DNA of 64,000 nt from Calditrichota bacterium (GTDB lineage: Bacteria > Electryoneota > RPQS01), in NCBI GenBank assembly GCA_020637395.1, contig JACJWA010000003.1, positions 10,380 to 74,379 on the forward strand, in the 5' to 3' direction. Both the position numbers and the translations under genes were made by a program. The notes under the pieces are model-generated. The model did no database searches. It was not told the DNA's origin and saw only the letters and a program-made list of their open reading frames with translations. Shown one piece after another: positions 55,842 through 64,000 of the stretch (position 1 is the first letter of the stretch; every line of letters starts with the position of its first letter).

Positions 55842-58800
55842 CTACTTCAGGAACAGGATCTTCCGAGTGTCGAGCGCATGGCCCTCGGCCTCCAAGCGCG
55901 CGAAATAGATGCCTGTGGCCAGTCCCGTTGCGTCAAACTGGATCGTCTGAGGTCCTGCCGCGCGAAGCTCATCCATAACTGTGGCCACTTCGCGGCCTGT
56001 GATGTCGTACAGCCGCAGAGCCACCCGACTGGTCTGCGGAACGTCAAACCGGAACGTCGTGCTCGAGTTGAACGGATTCGGGTAGTTCTGATGAAGCACA
56101 AATTGCTCCGGCAGCGGTGCGCCAGAATCGTCCGCCGATGTGATGTAGTCCGTTGTGAAGCGAATCGAGCGACCCGCGCGCACCGGAGCGGCACCCGGAC
56201 CATAGAAGAGCTGATATCCGTATTGCAGTCCGACCGTACCGTCCGCGTTCTCGATACCGACGGAGGCTTCAAGCCGGCCCGTGTACTCGCTGTACAAAAT
56301 GTCTATCACGCTGTTGCCGTCGTCGCTGCCATTCACTGCCGGGTCATAGAGATGAACCTGGAATGTCGCGCGGCCCGAATCAAAATACTCAGGCACATCG
56401 TCCCACTGAATGATCGCGCGACCATTCGCCGCATCATAGTAGTACCACACTCCTCCGCCGTTCTCCGGGCGATAGTCCTGATAGAACACGGCGATGTAGT
56501 TGTCCGGTGCACCAGCCACGGGAATCGGCCAACGGCTCCAGTCGCTTGACCCCGTCGTACCGACAGCAACATGACCGTTTGCGCAAACTGAGATCACACT
56601 TTCCGCCGCGCCGTAGAATACAAGGTTGAATGGCAGCGAAAACGTGACACAATTATCGCCCGTGAGATTCAGATTCTGGCCAAGGCCTTCTGTCAGTTCC
56701 ACCCAGTCGAACTCAGGGCCGCCGAAATCCAGATCGTCATAAGCATAGTAGCCATAGGCATCCGGACCGGTCGGACCCACAAGACCTGAATAGTCAAGAT
56801 CCACATAGATTGTGTCCAGAGCGGGAGTCAAGGTTGGTGTGATGCTTTGCGTCGCATAGATCTCGACATTCTCGCCAATCACGAATTCCTGCACGCCTGT
56901 GTGCATCACCGGAAAACTCGTGTATCCCGTGGCGTCCGTGAACACGCTCTGTCCGCTCAGAGGATGCCGCACCTGAATATCCGGCACAACCACTCCTTCG
57001 GGATCGCGAACGTTGAAGATCGCGGTCGTGCCTGCCGTGATGGACATCGTCAAGTCTCCATCGTCCACCTGTCCGGCAACGATGTTGATCTGGCGCTCGA
57101 CTGTGCCGTAGCCGAACTTCTCATACGAACCAATGTAGGTACCCGGCCTCAGGAAAAGCGAGTACTCGCCCTGCGCATCCGTGTACACATCGCTCGCACC
57201 TTCGACGCGGAGCCGGACATTCGCGAGTGCCTGGCCACCCGGATTCACGGTCACCGTTCCCGCCACGGAACCCATTGCACCCATGCCGTTTCCAATCGCA
57301 GGCAGCATGCGCAGTTTTCCAAAACCCCATGTTGTGTCCGCACCCGCATCACCTGCATCCAGCGCACCGTTTACCAACACTTGATAGACTTCTTCGGGAG
57401 TGATTCCCGGAAATGCCGAGTATATCAGGGCAAGCGCACCGCCGACGTGCGGTGTTGCGCCGCTCGTGCCGCCGATTGTTCCTTGATTGCAGACGCAGGA
57501 AATGGACTGCACGCTCGTCGGCGCCGCAATGTCCGGCTTCAAGAGTCCGTGATTGCCATTGTGATAGGGATAGTCCTCAAACTCGTCGGGATACTCACTC
57601 GGCGAATCTTCCGGCCCGCACCACGGACTGCGCGGATGCACGCAGATGTCTTCGCGGGACCAGCCCGACGGCCCAACGCCGCTGGGAGTATAGAATGTAC
57701 CGTTGGCGTTGTATCCCGCGACCGCTACCACCGAACTGACTCCGCCCTGCTGATAATGACTGGCGGTCATCGAAGGCGGAGGGCAATTTGAGGGCGCCGC
57801 GCACGACAAGGGCCGCGGATTGCTCGTGCTGTCATTGCCCGTGGAGTTCGAGTGTACTATCCCCGCCGCAAGCTCCATCTCCGATACCCAGCGATGCGCC
57901 ACGTAGTTCGGGCATTCGCGAATCTGGCTGTTGTCGCATTCGCTCTGCTTGAAACTCAAGCTCGCGGAAATTACCTGCACGCCCATCAGAATCGCATATT
58001 GACTGCCTTCGAAAACTGATCCCTGCGTCAGATAGCCGCGCATCACCAACAGCTTCGCGCCGGGCGCCATGGCAATCGTATCGCTCGCCGAGACTCCTAC
58101 ATTCGAGCAAATCACCGAGGCCGTGCGCGTGCCGTGGCAGGAACCTTCGCCGCTGCTCACATCATTGGTGTTGTCGTCGAAATTCCAACCATAGAAATCG
58201 TCCACGTAGCCGTTGCCGTCGTCATCTATGCCGTTCTGTTCTTCGACGTCCAACGATCCGTTGCCGTTCAGGTCTTCGCCGGGATTGAACCAGATGCGTC
58301 CGTCAAACTTCGCGCAACCGTCAAAATTCACTCCCGAGTCCTTGTGTCCGACCAATACACCTTCACCGCGCGCTCTGAATTGCGCCCAGACTTCCGGCGC
58401 CTGCGTTTCAATCACGCCCCAGCCATTGTCCAGAGTATTGTCATAGACGGGATCATGCGTGATGTAACGAATCTCCGGAAAGTCTTTGGCCAGAGCTTCA
58501 ATCACCGTTGCGGACGCGGTCAAGCGAATGGCATTGACAATCCACAGCGGCCGCAGCAGCGAGACGTTGCCGCTTTTCTGCTCCGCGCTCAAATACTCCA
58601 TGACATTCGGGCTCATTTGCGCGAAACGCTCTTGCAGCACGTTGACCACATACTCCCGGCGCGGACCCATCGGCAGCGCGCGTGCTTCGGGATACACCTC
58701 GTCCATGGTCAATCTGTTTTCCAAAAACACCAGAACGGAAATTTTTTCGCCTTGCTGTGTGTCGGACAGGAACTGCGGCAGGAGCGGAGAGAGCTCCGCA

Positions 58801-58856
58801 GCACTTCCGATGACCGTGCCGAGGCACAGCACAAGTACGGTGATGATCGTTCGCAT
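55842..58856 (-). CDS. subtilisin-like (S8) serine protease with I9-like propeptide and T9SS C-terminal sorting domain
   Basis: ORF 55842..58937 with ATG 58856 plus signal peptide. Asp (GHKDSGV), His (HGTRTAS), Ser (GTSGATPHVGG). C-terminus LHQNYPNPFNSST...GIYFARLE...KILFLK. Confidence 0.9.
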   Translation of the reverse strand: MRTIITVLVLCLGTVIGSAAELSPLLPQFLSDTQQGEKISVLVFLENRLTMDEVYPEARALPMGPRREYVVNVLQERFAQMSPNVMEYLSAEQKSGNVSLLRPLWIVNAIRLTASATVIEALAKDFPEIRYITHDPVYDNTLDNGWGVIETQAPEVWAQFRARGEGVLVGHKDSGVNFDGCAKFDGRIWFNPGEDLNGNGSLDVEEQNGIDDDGNGYVDDFYGWNFDDNTNDVSSGEGSCHGTRTASVICSNVGVSASDTIAMAPGAKLLVMRGYLTQGSVFEGSQYAILMGVQVISASLSFKQSECDNSQIRECPNYVAHRWVSEMELAAGIVHSNSTGNDSTSNPRPLSCAAPSNCPPPSMTASHYQQGGVSSVVAVAGYNANGTFYTPSGVGPSGWSREDICVHPRSPWCGPEDSPSEYPDEFEDYPYHNGNHGLLKPDIAAPTSVQSISCVCNQGTIGGTSGATPHVGGALALIYSAFPGITPEEVYQVLVNGALDAGDAGADTTWGFGKLRMLPAIGNGMGAMGSVAGTVTVNPGGQALANVRLRVEGASDVYTDAQGEYSLFLRPGTYIGSYEKFGYGTVERQINIVAGQVDDGDLTMSITAGTTAIFNVRDPEGVVVPDIQVRHPLSGQSVFTDATGYTSFPVMHTGVQEFVIGENVEIYATQSITPTLTPALDTIYVDLDYSGLVGPTGPDAYGYYAYDDLDFGGPEFDWVELTEGLGQNLNLTGDNCVTFSLPFNLVFYGAAESVISVCANGHVAVGTTGSSDWSRWPIPVAGAPDNYIAVFYQDYRPENGGGVWYYYDAANGRAIIQWDDVPEYFDSGRATFQVHLYDPAVNGSDDGNSVIDILYSEYTGRLEASVGIENADGTVGLQYGYQLFYGPGAAPVRAGRSIRFTTDYITSADDSGAPLPEQFVLHQNYPNPFNSSTTFRFDVPQTSRVALRLYDITGREVATVMDELRAAGPQTIQFDATGLATGIYFARLEAEGHALDTRKILFLK

Positions 58857-58891
58857 AAGGGTCCCCTGCCTGAGCTTTGTTTTGAGACAAA

Positions 58892-60838
58892 ATGGCATAT
58901 CGTCGCAAAGATTCCTATATTCGAGCCATGAAAGCAATGTTCAGAGATCCGTGGTTCTGGCTGATCGCCGCGCTGGCCGTCGCGCTGCGCGTCTGGCATC
59001 TATTGCATGCCATGGGCAGCCCGACCTTTCTGGCTCCGGCTGTGGATCCCCTGTGGTATCATCAGGCCGCCGAGCGTGTCGCGCACGGTGCCTATGGTCC
59101 GTGGCCGCTTTTTCGCGCGCCGCTCTACCCCATTCTGCTCGGCTGGACCTACAAGCCCGTCGCCAATGATCTGCTCTGGGCGCGCATTCTGAACATTTTA
59201 CTGCAAACCGCGGCGCTCGCAGTCGTCTATTCCACCGCGCGCGACTACTTTGGAACTCTCGCCGCGCGCATCGCAAGCCTGTTCTTCGCCGTCAACGGCA
59301 TGCTGATTTTCTTCAGCGGCGAAACTCTTTCCACAAGCCTTGAAGTCTTGCTGGGGGCACTCTGCGCACAAAGCGTGCTCGCGCTCTCCAAGTCGCAAAC
59401 TCCGCGACATGCCGCGCTGGCCGGAGTTATCTGGGGACTCGCCGCGATCACACGACCCAATTTCCTGCTCGTTGCGCCCGTCGCGCTGCTGTTTGCGTTG
59501 AGGCGGCAAAGTCTCACGCGCTCCGGTGCTGCTGCGTTGGCCGCTTTGCTTCTGCCAATACTTCCGGTCACCATTGCGAACTTCTCGCTCGGAGGTGAAC
59601 CCGTTCTCATCGCGACTCAGGGCGGAGTGAACTTCTGGATCGGAAACAATCCGTCCGCGGATGGCATCACCTCTACGCTTCCCGGCGCGGATCGCTTCTG
59701 GACCATGGAGCAGGCTAAAGAGCTTGCGGACCGCACAAGCGGGAGAGACCTTGCCCCGGGCGCGTTGTCAGATTTCTACTATGAGAAAGGGCGCAACTAT
59801 GTGAGCGAACATCCGCTCGACGCACTCAAACTCATGGTACGAAAGTCGAGCCTGTTTTTCAATCGCTTTGAAGTTTCCAACAACAAACACATCAGCTACT
59901 TTGCGGCGCAAACACCCGGACTGCTGATTCTGATTCTGCTGAACTTCGCGCTTCTGCTTCCCTTTGCAGTCACGGGTCTTTGGGCCGCGCAGAGGTCTGA
60001 GAGTCGCTTGCTCTGGAGTCTTGTGCTGGTCTATGCGCTGAGTGTGATTCTCTTCTTCATCGCCAGCCGCTTCAGAATGCCGGTCGTTCCGTGGCTCACT
60101 GTGCTCGCTGGAGCGGGTGTGGCTGCGATGCTCAAGCTTCGAGGAGCGCGGCTCGCGATTTCTGCAATGGCCGCCGTGGTCGTGCTGCTGCTCACTCTCA
60201 GCAATCCCTATCGCGCACACGAAGCTCCCGAGTCTTCCGCGCGCTATATGGAAGGGAACGCGTATCTTGCTCTGGCAAACTATGATTCCGCGCAAGTCTG
60301 TTTTCGCGAGGCCGCGAACAATCCGGAATTGCGAAAACTTGCCACTCTGAATCTCGGCGTCGCACAACAGCGCGCGAAGCACGAAAATGAGGCTCGCTTC
60401 ACGTATCTCAAACTGCTGCGCGATTTCCCGGACTATGCTCCCGCCTTCAACAATCTCGGCAGCGCGTGTGAAGCCGTCAAGGACACCGTCTCAGCTCTGG
60501 ACGCCTATCGCCGCGCGATTGCGCTTGACCCTGCGATGTCCGACGCGAAAGAAAATCTTGCGAAACTGCTGCTCGAACTCGGCAAGCACAAACTCCGCTG
60601 GGGTGATTCGTGGGGCGCGCAGGTTCCCTTGAAAGAGAGCATCGCCGTTCTGCCCACCGCCTCAGGCTACTATCACCTTGCCGTCGCCCATGGACAATCC
60701 ATGGAATATGATCAGGGCGTCGAAGCCCTGGCGCACGCTCTGGAACTTGATCCGTCCTACGATCCCGCCGTCACTCTGAAACGTCAGCTTGAACTTGCTC
60801 TAACTGGCGTGAAAGTTCCGCGGCCTGAGATAAAGTAG
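58892..60838 (+). CDS. GT-C fold (PMT_2/ArnT-like, GT39-like) membrane glycosyltransferase with C-terminal TPR domain
   Basis: 648 aa. About 11 TM N-terminal part, then TPR-like repeats (AYLALANYDSAQVCFREA, AFNNLGSACEAV, AYRRAIALDP). Confidence 0.55.
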   Translation: MAYRRKDSYIRAMKAMFRDPWFWLIAALAVALRVWHLLHAMGSPTFLAPAVDPLWYHQAAERVAHGAYGPWPLFRAPLYPILLGWTYKPVANDLLWARILNILLQTAALAVVYSTARDYFGTLAARIASLFFAVNGMLIFFSGETLSTSLEVLLGALCAQSVLALSKSQTPRHAALAGVIWGLAAITRPNFLLVAPVALLFALRRQSLTRSGAAALAALLLPILPVTIANFSLGGEPVLIATQGGVNFWIGNNPSADGITSTLPGADRFWTMEQAKELADRTSGRDLAPGALSDFYYEKGRNYVSEHPLDALKLMVRKSSLFFNRFEVSNNKHISYFAAQTPGLLILILLNFALLLPFAVTGLWAAQRSESRLLWSLVLVYALSVILFFIASRFRMPVVPWLTVLAGAGVAAMLKLRGARLAISAMAAVVVLLLTLSNPYRAHEAPESSARYMEGNAYLALANYDSAQVCFREAANNPELRKLATLNLGVAQQRAKHENEARFTYLKLLRDFPDYAPAFNNLGSACEAVKDTVSALDAYRRAIALDPAMSDAKENLAKLLLELGKHKLRWGDSWGAQVPLKESIAVLPTASGYYHLAVAHGQSMEYDQGVEALAHALELDPSYDPAVTLKRQLELALTGVKVPRPEIK

Positions 60839-62639
60839 AATCCATCGCCAGCGCACGAGCGACCGCCGCTCGAGCTTCTTCAGTCTTTCCCATCCGCGCA
60901 AGCAGCAGTCCAAGATTGGAATGCGCTTCGGCGCGCGATGTGTCCAGCGCCAGCGCGTCCTCCTGCACAAACAGCGCGCGCTTGGTTTCACCGGTCTGCA
61001 TCAGGCGCGCGGCTTCTGCTTCCAAAAGCGGAATCCACGCACGGTCGCCGCGATTCATTACCAATTGATAGAGCCGCCACTGCGTCCGATAGAGATTTCC
61101 CGCGTTCACAATCGCCATCTTATGCGGCCACACCGGTTTGTTCTGCGGAAAGGTTTGCACGTACAAGCTGTCCGTGGCTTCAAGATGCAGCCACGCGCTG
61201 TCACGGCGCTGAGTATAGAACTCCACCAGAATCTGCTTCAGCTCATCGCCCGTGCTCGCGGAGAAGAATTCGATCTTGTCCCACAGCGGATACAGATCAA
61301 TCGCCAACGCGCGCGTCGTGGCAATCATCGGGTTGCCTGAGTATTGCTCAAGCCGCTCCGCGTGCTGTTGAGTCTCTGAAAGCCTTGCAAAGGCCAGCGC
61401 ACCCGAGCTTGCGGTTTGAACGGCCATCAAGAGAATCACTACTCCCATGGCGCGGGATTTCGGAAGGTCCGCTTGATGAAACGCGATCAAAAGCAAAGGC
61501 ACCGCAAACAACAGCAGGCGAGGTCCCCAATGAACGCCGGAGGATACCGGCACCAGCAAGAGACCCAAAACCACTCCCGCGATGGCATAGGCCATCGCTT
61601 TTGTTTTCCAGGCCCCGCGTGAAATCACAAGCAGCGCAATCCAGGGCATCGCAAAGAGCAATGAACCGCTGCTCAAAAGTGATAACGCGGGCGAGTGTGG
61701 CTGCCACGTCACGCGCAATGCAAACAACAGAAAAAGAAATGCTCCGGTCCATCCTGCGGCACGCATCACGCGCGAGGCATCCCGCAGACCTATGAGCACA
61801 AATGCCATGACCAGCACGACGAACATCGCAATCGTCTGGACAAGGTCCGGTCCCATCGCGAAGATCAGGTCCCAGATCGCGTCTATCCGCGACTTCAGGT
61901 AGCCGCCGAGACTTGCCCAGCCGGGAAGCGCATGATTCAATGCGGATTGCCGGAAGAATTCCGCCGGGCCGCACAAAGAAATCAACACCACAAGCCCCAC
62001 GGTGACTGCCGCCTTCAGCAACAGCATCTCCCGCTTGCGCTCAGCGCGCCAGAGCGCCAGAGCCAACAGCGGTACCAGCAAGACGTATTCCATGCGCAGC
62101 GCAATTGCCGTGGCAAGCAAGAGTCCCGAGAGCATAGCAAATTGTGCTGATCCGCGTTCACGCAAGAACACCTGAGCAATCGCCGGCAAGGAGAGCAGCA
62201 TGGCCAATCCGTGTTCCCAGGGCACCAATCCATAAAACGTCAGCGGCAAGAGCAGGAAAACCCACTGCATTCCGTATGCTGACAGGAACCACGCGGCACC
62301 CAGGGAAATCAAAACCGACACAACGATCAGCGCGCGGCGGCTCAGCAGCGATTCGATGCCCGCGAACAGCCGGGCGTAGGGCGAGAAGCCCACACGCACT
62401 TCGTGCTCTGCCGGTTCAGCAAACGGCGGGACGAGAATCGGATTTGCGCGCGGATCACTGAGCTTGCCGCGAATCTCACCGTCCGGAATGGCGGTGTGCC
62501 ACGCGCCCTCGCCGTAGCGCACAGAGGCTGCCTTGACCGCATCATCTATCGTCCACGTTCCCGCAGGGACATAGAAGGACACGCCGAGCATCAGCACGGA
62601 CCAGATGATCAGCCAGCGGCGAGAAATTGCGTCACTCAT
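60771..62639 (-). CDS. polytopic membrane protein with C-terminal TPR domain (GT-C-like architecture)
   Basis: ORF 60771..62669 with ATG 62639. Many TM helices, soluble domain, TPR (AHSNLGLLLARMGKTEEARAAVARALAMD). 3' end overlaps the convergent gene by 68 nt. Confidence 0.55.
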   Translation of the reverse strand: MSDAISRRWLIIWSVLMLGVSFYVPAGTWTIDDAVKAASVRYGEGAWHTAIPDGEIRGKLSDPRANPILVPPFAEPAEHEVRVGFSPYARLFAGIESLLSRRALIVVSVLISLGAAWFLSAYGMQWVFLLLPLTFYGLVPWEHGLAMLLSLPAIAQVFLRERGSAQFAMLSGLLLATAIALRMEYVLLVPLLALALWRAERKREMLLLKAAVTVGLVVLISLCGPAEFFRQSALNHALPGWASLGGYLKSRIDAIWDLIFAMGPDLVQTIAMFVVLVMAFVLIGLRDASRVMRAAGWTGAFLFLLFALRVTWQPHSPALSLLSSGSLLFAMPWIALLVISRGAWKTKAMAYAIAGVVLGLLLVPVSSGVHWGPRLLLFAVPLLLIAFHQADLPKSRAMGVVILLMAVQTASSGALAFARLSETQQHAERLEQYSGNPMIATTRALAIDLYPLWDKIEFFSASTGDELKQILVEFYTQRRDSAWLHLEATDSLYVQTFPQNKPVWPHKMAIVNAGNLYRTQWRLYQLVMNRGDRAWIPLLEAEAARLMQTGETKRALFVQEDALALDTSRAEAHSNLGLLLARMGKTEEARAAVARALAMDSTLSQAAELSRQLEQVQADVSE

Positions 62640-62708
62640 GTCGTATTGAAGAAGAGCCGCGGCGATCATGCCCGCGGCTCTCTTGTATGTCTCTCTCTTC
62701 TGTGAACC

Positions 62709-64000
62709 TTAGTTGAAGTTGAAGTTCACATCCAGATTCTGATTGAAATAGAGGATCTGGTTGGCGATCAGCATCGAAACCGACGGCACTTCACCCAGCA
62801 ACGGATGTTGGAACGGCTGATTCTTCATGTACACCAGCGGGAAACAGAACAGCGACGTACGGAAACGCGGCGTCGCTTGAATCCGCGTGATGAATCCGTT
62901 CTCCGTAATCTCGATCTCAATGTTTCCGGAGTACTTCACGAAGTTGGTCGCCACCGGCTCGTCGTGCTCGCTCGACAGGGGAATGAACACATAGCTCACT
63001 TCCAACACATCCGAATTCTCCCACTCACCCGCCGAAGCCGGAATGGAAGCGAAAATCCTCCAACGCGGCAGGAACTGGTTCGCTGACAGATTGCGAACCT
63101 GAATGAAGTCCGCGTCCACACCGCGCGTCACGTTATGAATGCGCGTGGCGGCCAAAAGCGGCAAAGATTCATTTTGCGGAATCAATACCACCACCGTCGA
63201 ATCCGACAGCGTGTCCACGTTGCAGTCGAAATTTTCAACCGTATTGGACACGATGGACGTATCGCTGGTCGTGGACTTGTAGTTGTAGATCGTGGTCGAG
63301 AAGTCAAAACTCTGCTGCACCGCAGATCGGCCAAACGTCTCGATTTCCGGTGGGTAGACCACATCCGTCGGTCCGTAGCGAAGCTGCGTCGTGAAGACTG
63401 TATCCGTCTCGAGATCAGGATACTGCACGTCGCTGGCCACCGCACCCTGGAAGTCCGCAAGACCCACCAGCGTCGGAGCGACCGAGCCGCTGTACACGTC
63501 GCGGCTGCGAACCGTGAACAGATTGAAGTAGTGCGACAGGAAGTCCACCGGAGCGCCGCCCGTTGGAATGGACATGGACTTGTTGAAGAGACGGCGGCCC
63601 GTCATCCACACGCTTCCACCCACATCCAAGTAGTTCCCGAGCACCTTAACGTAATTGATGACATCCGGGTCGTCGTTGCGCGGCGATGTGTTGTCGTCGT
63701 CAATAATCCAAACCAAATCGAATTGACTGATCAACTCGTAGGGAATCGAGTTCCCCAGACGATTGTCATACCAGAAGATGTCGTCATAGACAAACGGTTC
63801 AATCTCCGGTTGTCCCGGAATATTCACGTAAGGAATCAACTGATTGGCCAGATCAACCGCTTCGGCAACCACTCCGCTTACACCATCCGGCCCTTTGTAA
63901 AAAGCCAATAGCGTATCCGCGTTGACGCCGCCGCGCTGCAATTCGATCGCAGACGGAACCTTGTTCTCATCAACAATCATGATACGGCGCGCAAACGTCG
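62709..64000 (-). CDS. hypothetical protein (C-terminal >=423 aa; frame stays open to the right edge)
   Basis: ORF 62709..63980. The codons upstream of that Met (..TFARRI) contain no stop up to nt 64000, so the N-terminus probably lies outside the window. No recognisable domain. Confidence 0.6.
   Translation of the reverse strand, partial: TFARRIMIVDENKVPSAIELQRGGVNADTLLAFYKGPDGVSGVVAEAVDLANQLIPYVNIPGQPEIEPFVYDDIFWYDNRLGNSIPYELISQFDLVWIIDDDNTSPRNDDPDVINYVKVLGNYLDVGGSVWMTGRRLFNKSMSIPTGGAPVDFLSHYFNLFTVRSRDVYSGSVAPTLVGLADFQGAVASDVQYPDLETDTVFTTQLRYGPTDVVYPPEIETFGRSAVQQSFDFSTTIYNYKSTTSDTSIVSNTVENFDCNVDTLSDSTVVVLIPQNESLPLLAATRIHNVTRGVDADFIQVRNLSANQFLPRWRIFASIPASAGEWENSDVLEVSYVFIPLSSEHDEPVATNFVKYSGNIEIEITENGFITRIQATPRFRTSLFCFPLVYMKNQPFQHPLLGEVPSVSMLIANQILYFNQNLDVNFNFN

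Noticed and set aside
55800-58931. Plus-strand ORFs 55800-56549, 56847-57791 and 58134-58931
   Set aside because: All are antisense to the S8 protease gene, whose catalytic triad and T9SS tail are clear. The products are Arg/His-rich with no recognisable domains.
60938-61974. ORFs 60938-61795 (+) and 61348-61974 (-, other frame)
   Set aside because: They overlap the polytopic membrane/TPR gene, whose hydrophobic helix pattern marks the real frame. The alternatives are Arg/Pro-rich.
63135-63911. 258-aa plus-strand ORF
   Set aside because: Antisense to 62709-64000, which has normal globular composition. The plus frame is R/H/V-rich.

Overview
Bacterial chromosomal window with three blocks. 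(1) 0.3-23.7 kb: a PEP/pyruvate-binding ATP-grasp protein and glutamate dehydrogenase, then a nitrate-respiration supercluster. A minus-strand molybdenum-cofactor operon (mobA, moaC-moaB fusion, moeA, TauE-type permease, Rrf2 regulator) is divergent from a ~15-kb plus-strand operon: Rrf2/NsrR-like regulator, moaA, MOSC, NarC-like dihaem cytochrome c, narG, narH, narJ, a NarI::Rieske fusion, cytochrome b, monohaem cytochrome c, two NarK transporters, YtfE/RIC. (2) 23.7-37.3 kb: a 13.4-kb segment bounded by two ~100-bp direct repeats that each end in the 3' half of a tRNA-Lys(CUU). Decayed IS remnants lie just inside both borders. The segment carries one tightly packed 13-gene minus-strand operon: HoxEFUYH-type NAD-linked [NiFe] hydrogenase, HoxW protease, a Ni-permease-like protein and hypFCDEAB. 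(3) 37.3-64 kb: hybrid PAS histidine kinase plus CheY-like regulator, P5C dehydrogenase and one intact tRNA-Phe(GAA). These are followed by a run of exported proteins (Cys-rich modular protein, LRR lipoprotein, two T9SS-sorted proteins including an S8 protease, a beta-barrel protein, a DUF2135-like lipoprotein) and two GT-C-like/TPR membrane proteins. The T9SS C-terminal sorting domains suggest an (uncultivated?) member of the FCB superphylum. No rRNA, CRISPR array, intact transposase or integrase was seen. The two most unusual observations are the in-frame NarI-Rieske fusion, with cytochrome b and c-type cytochromes embedded in the nar operon, and the hydrogenase island flanked by tRNA fragments. 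All calls rest on reading the sequence and ORF translations by eye; no searches were run.
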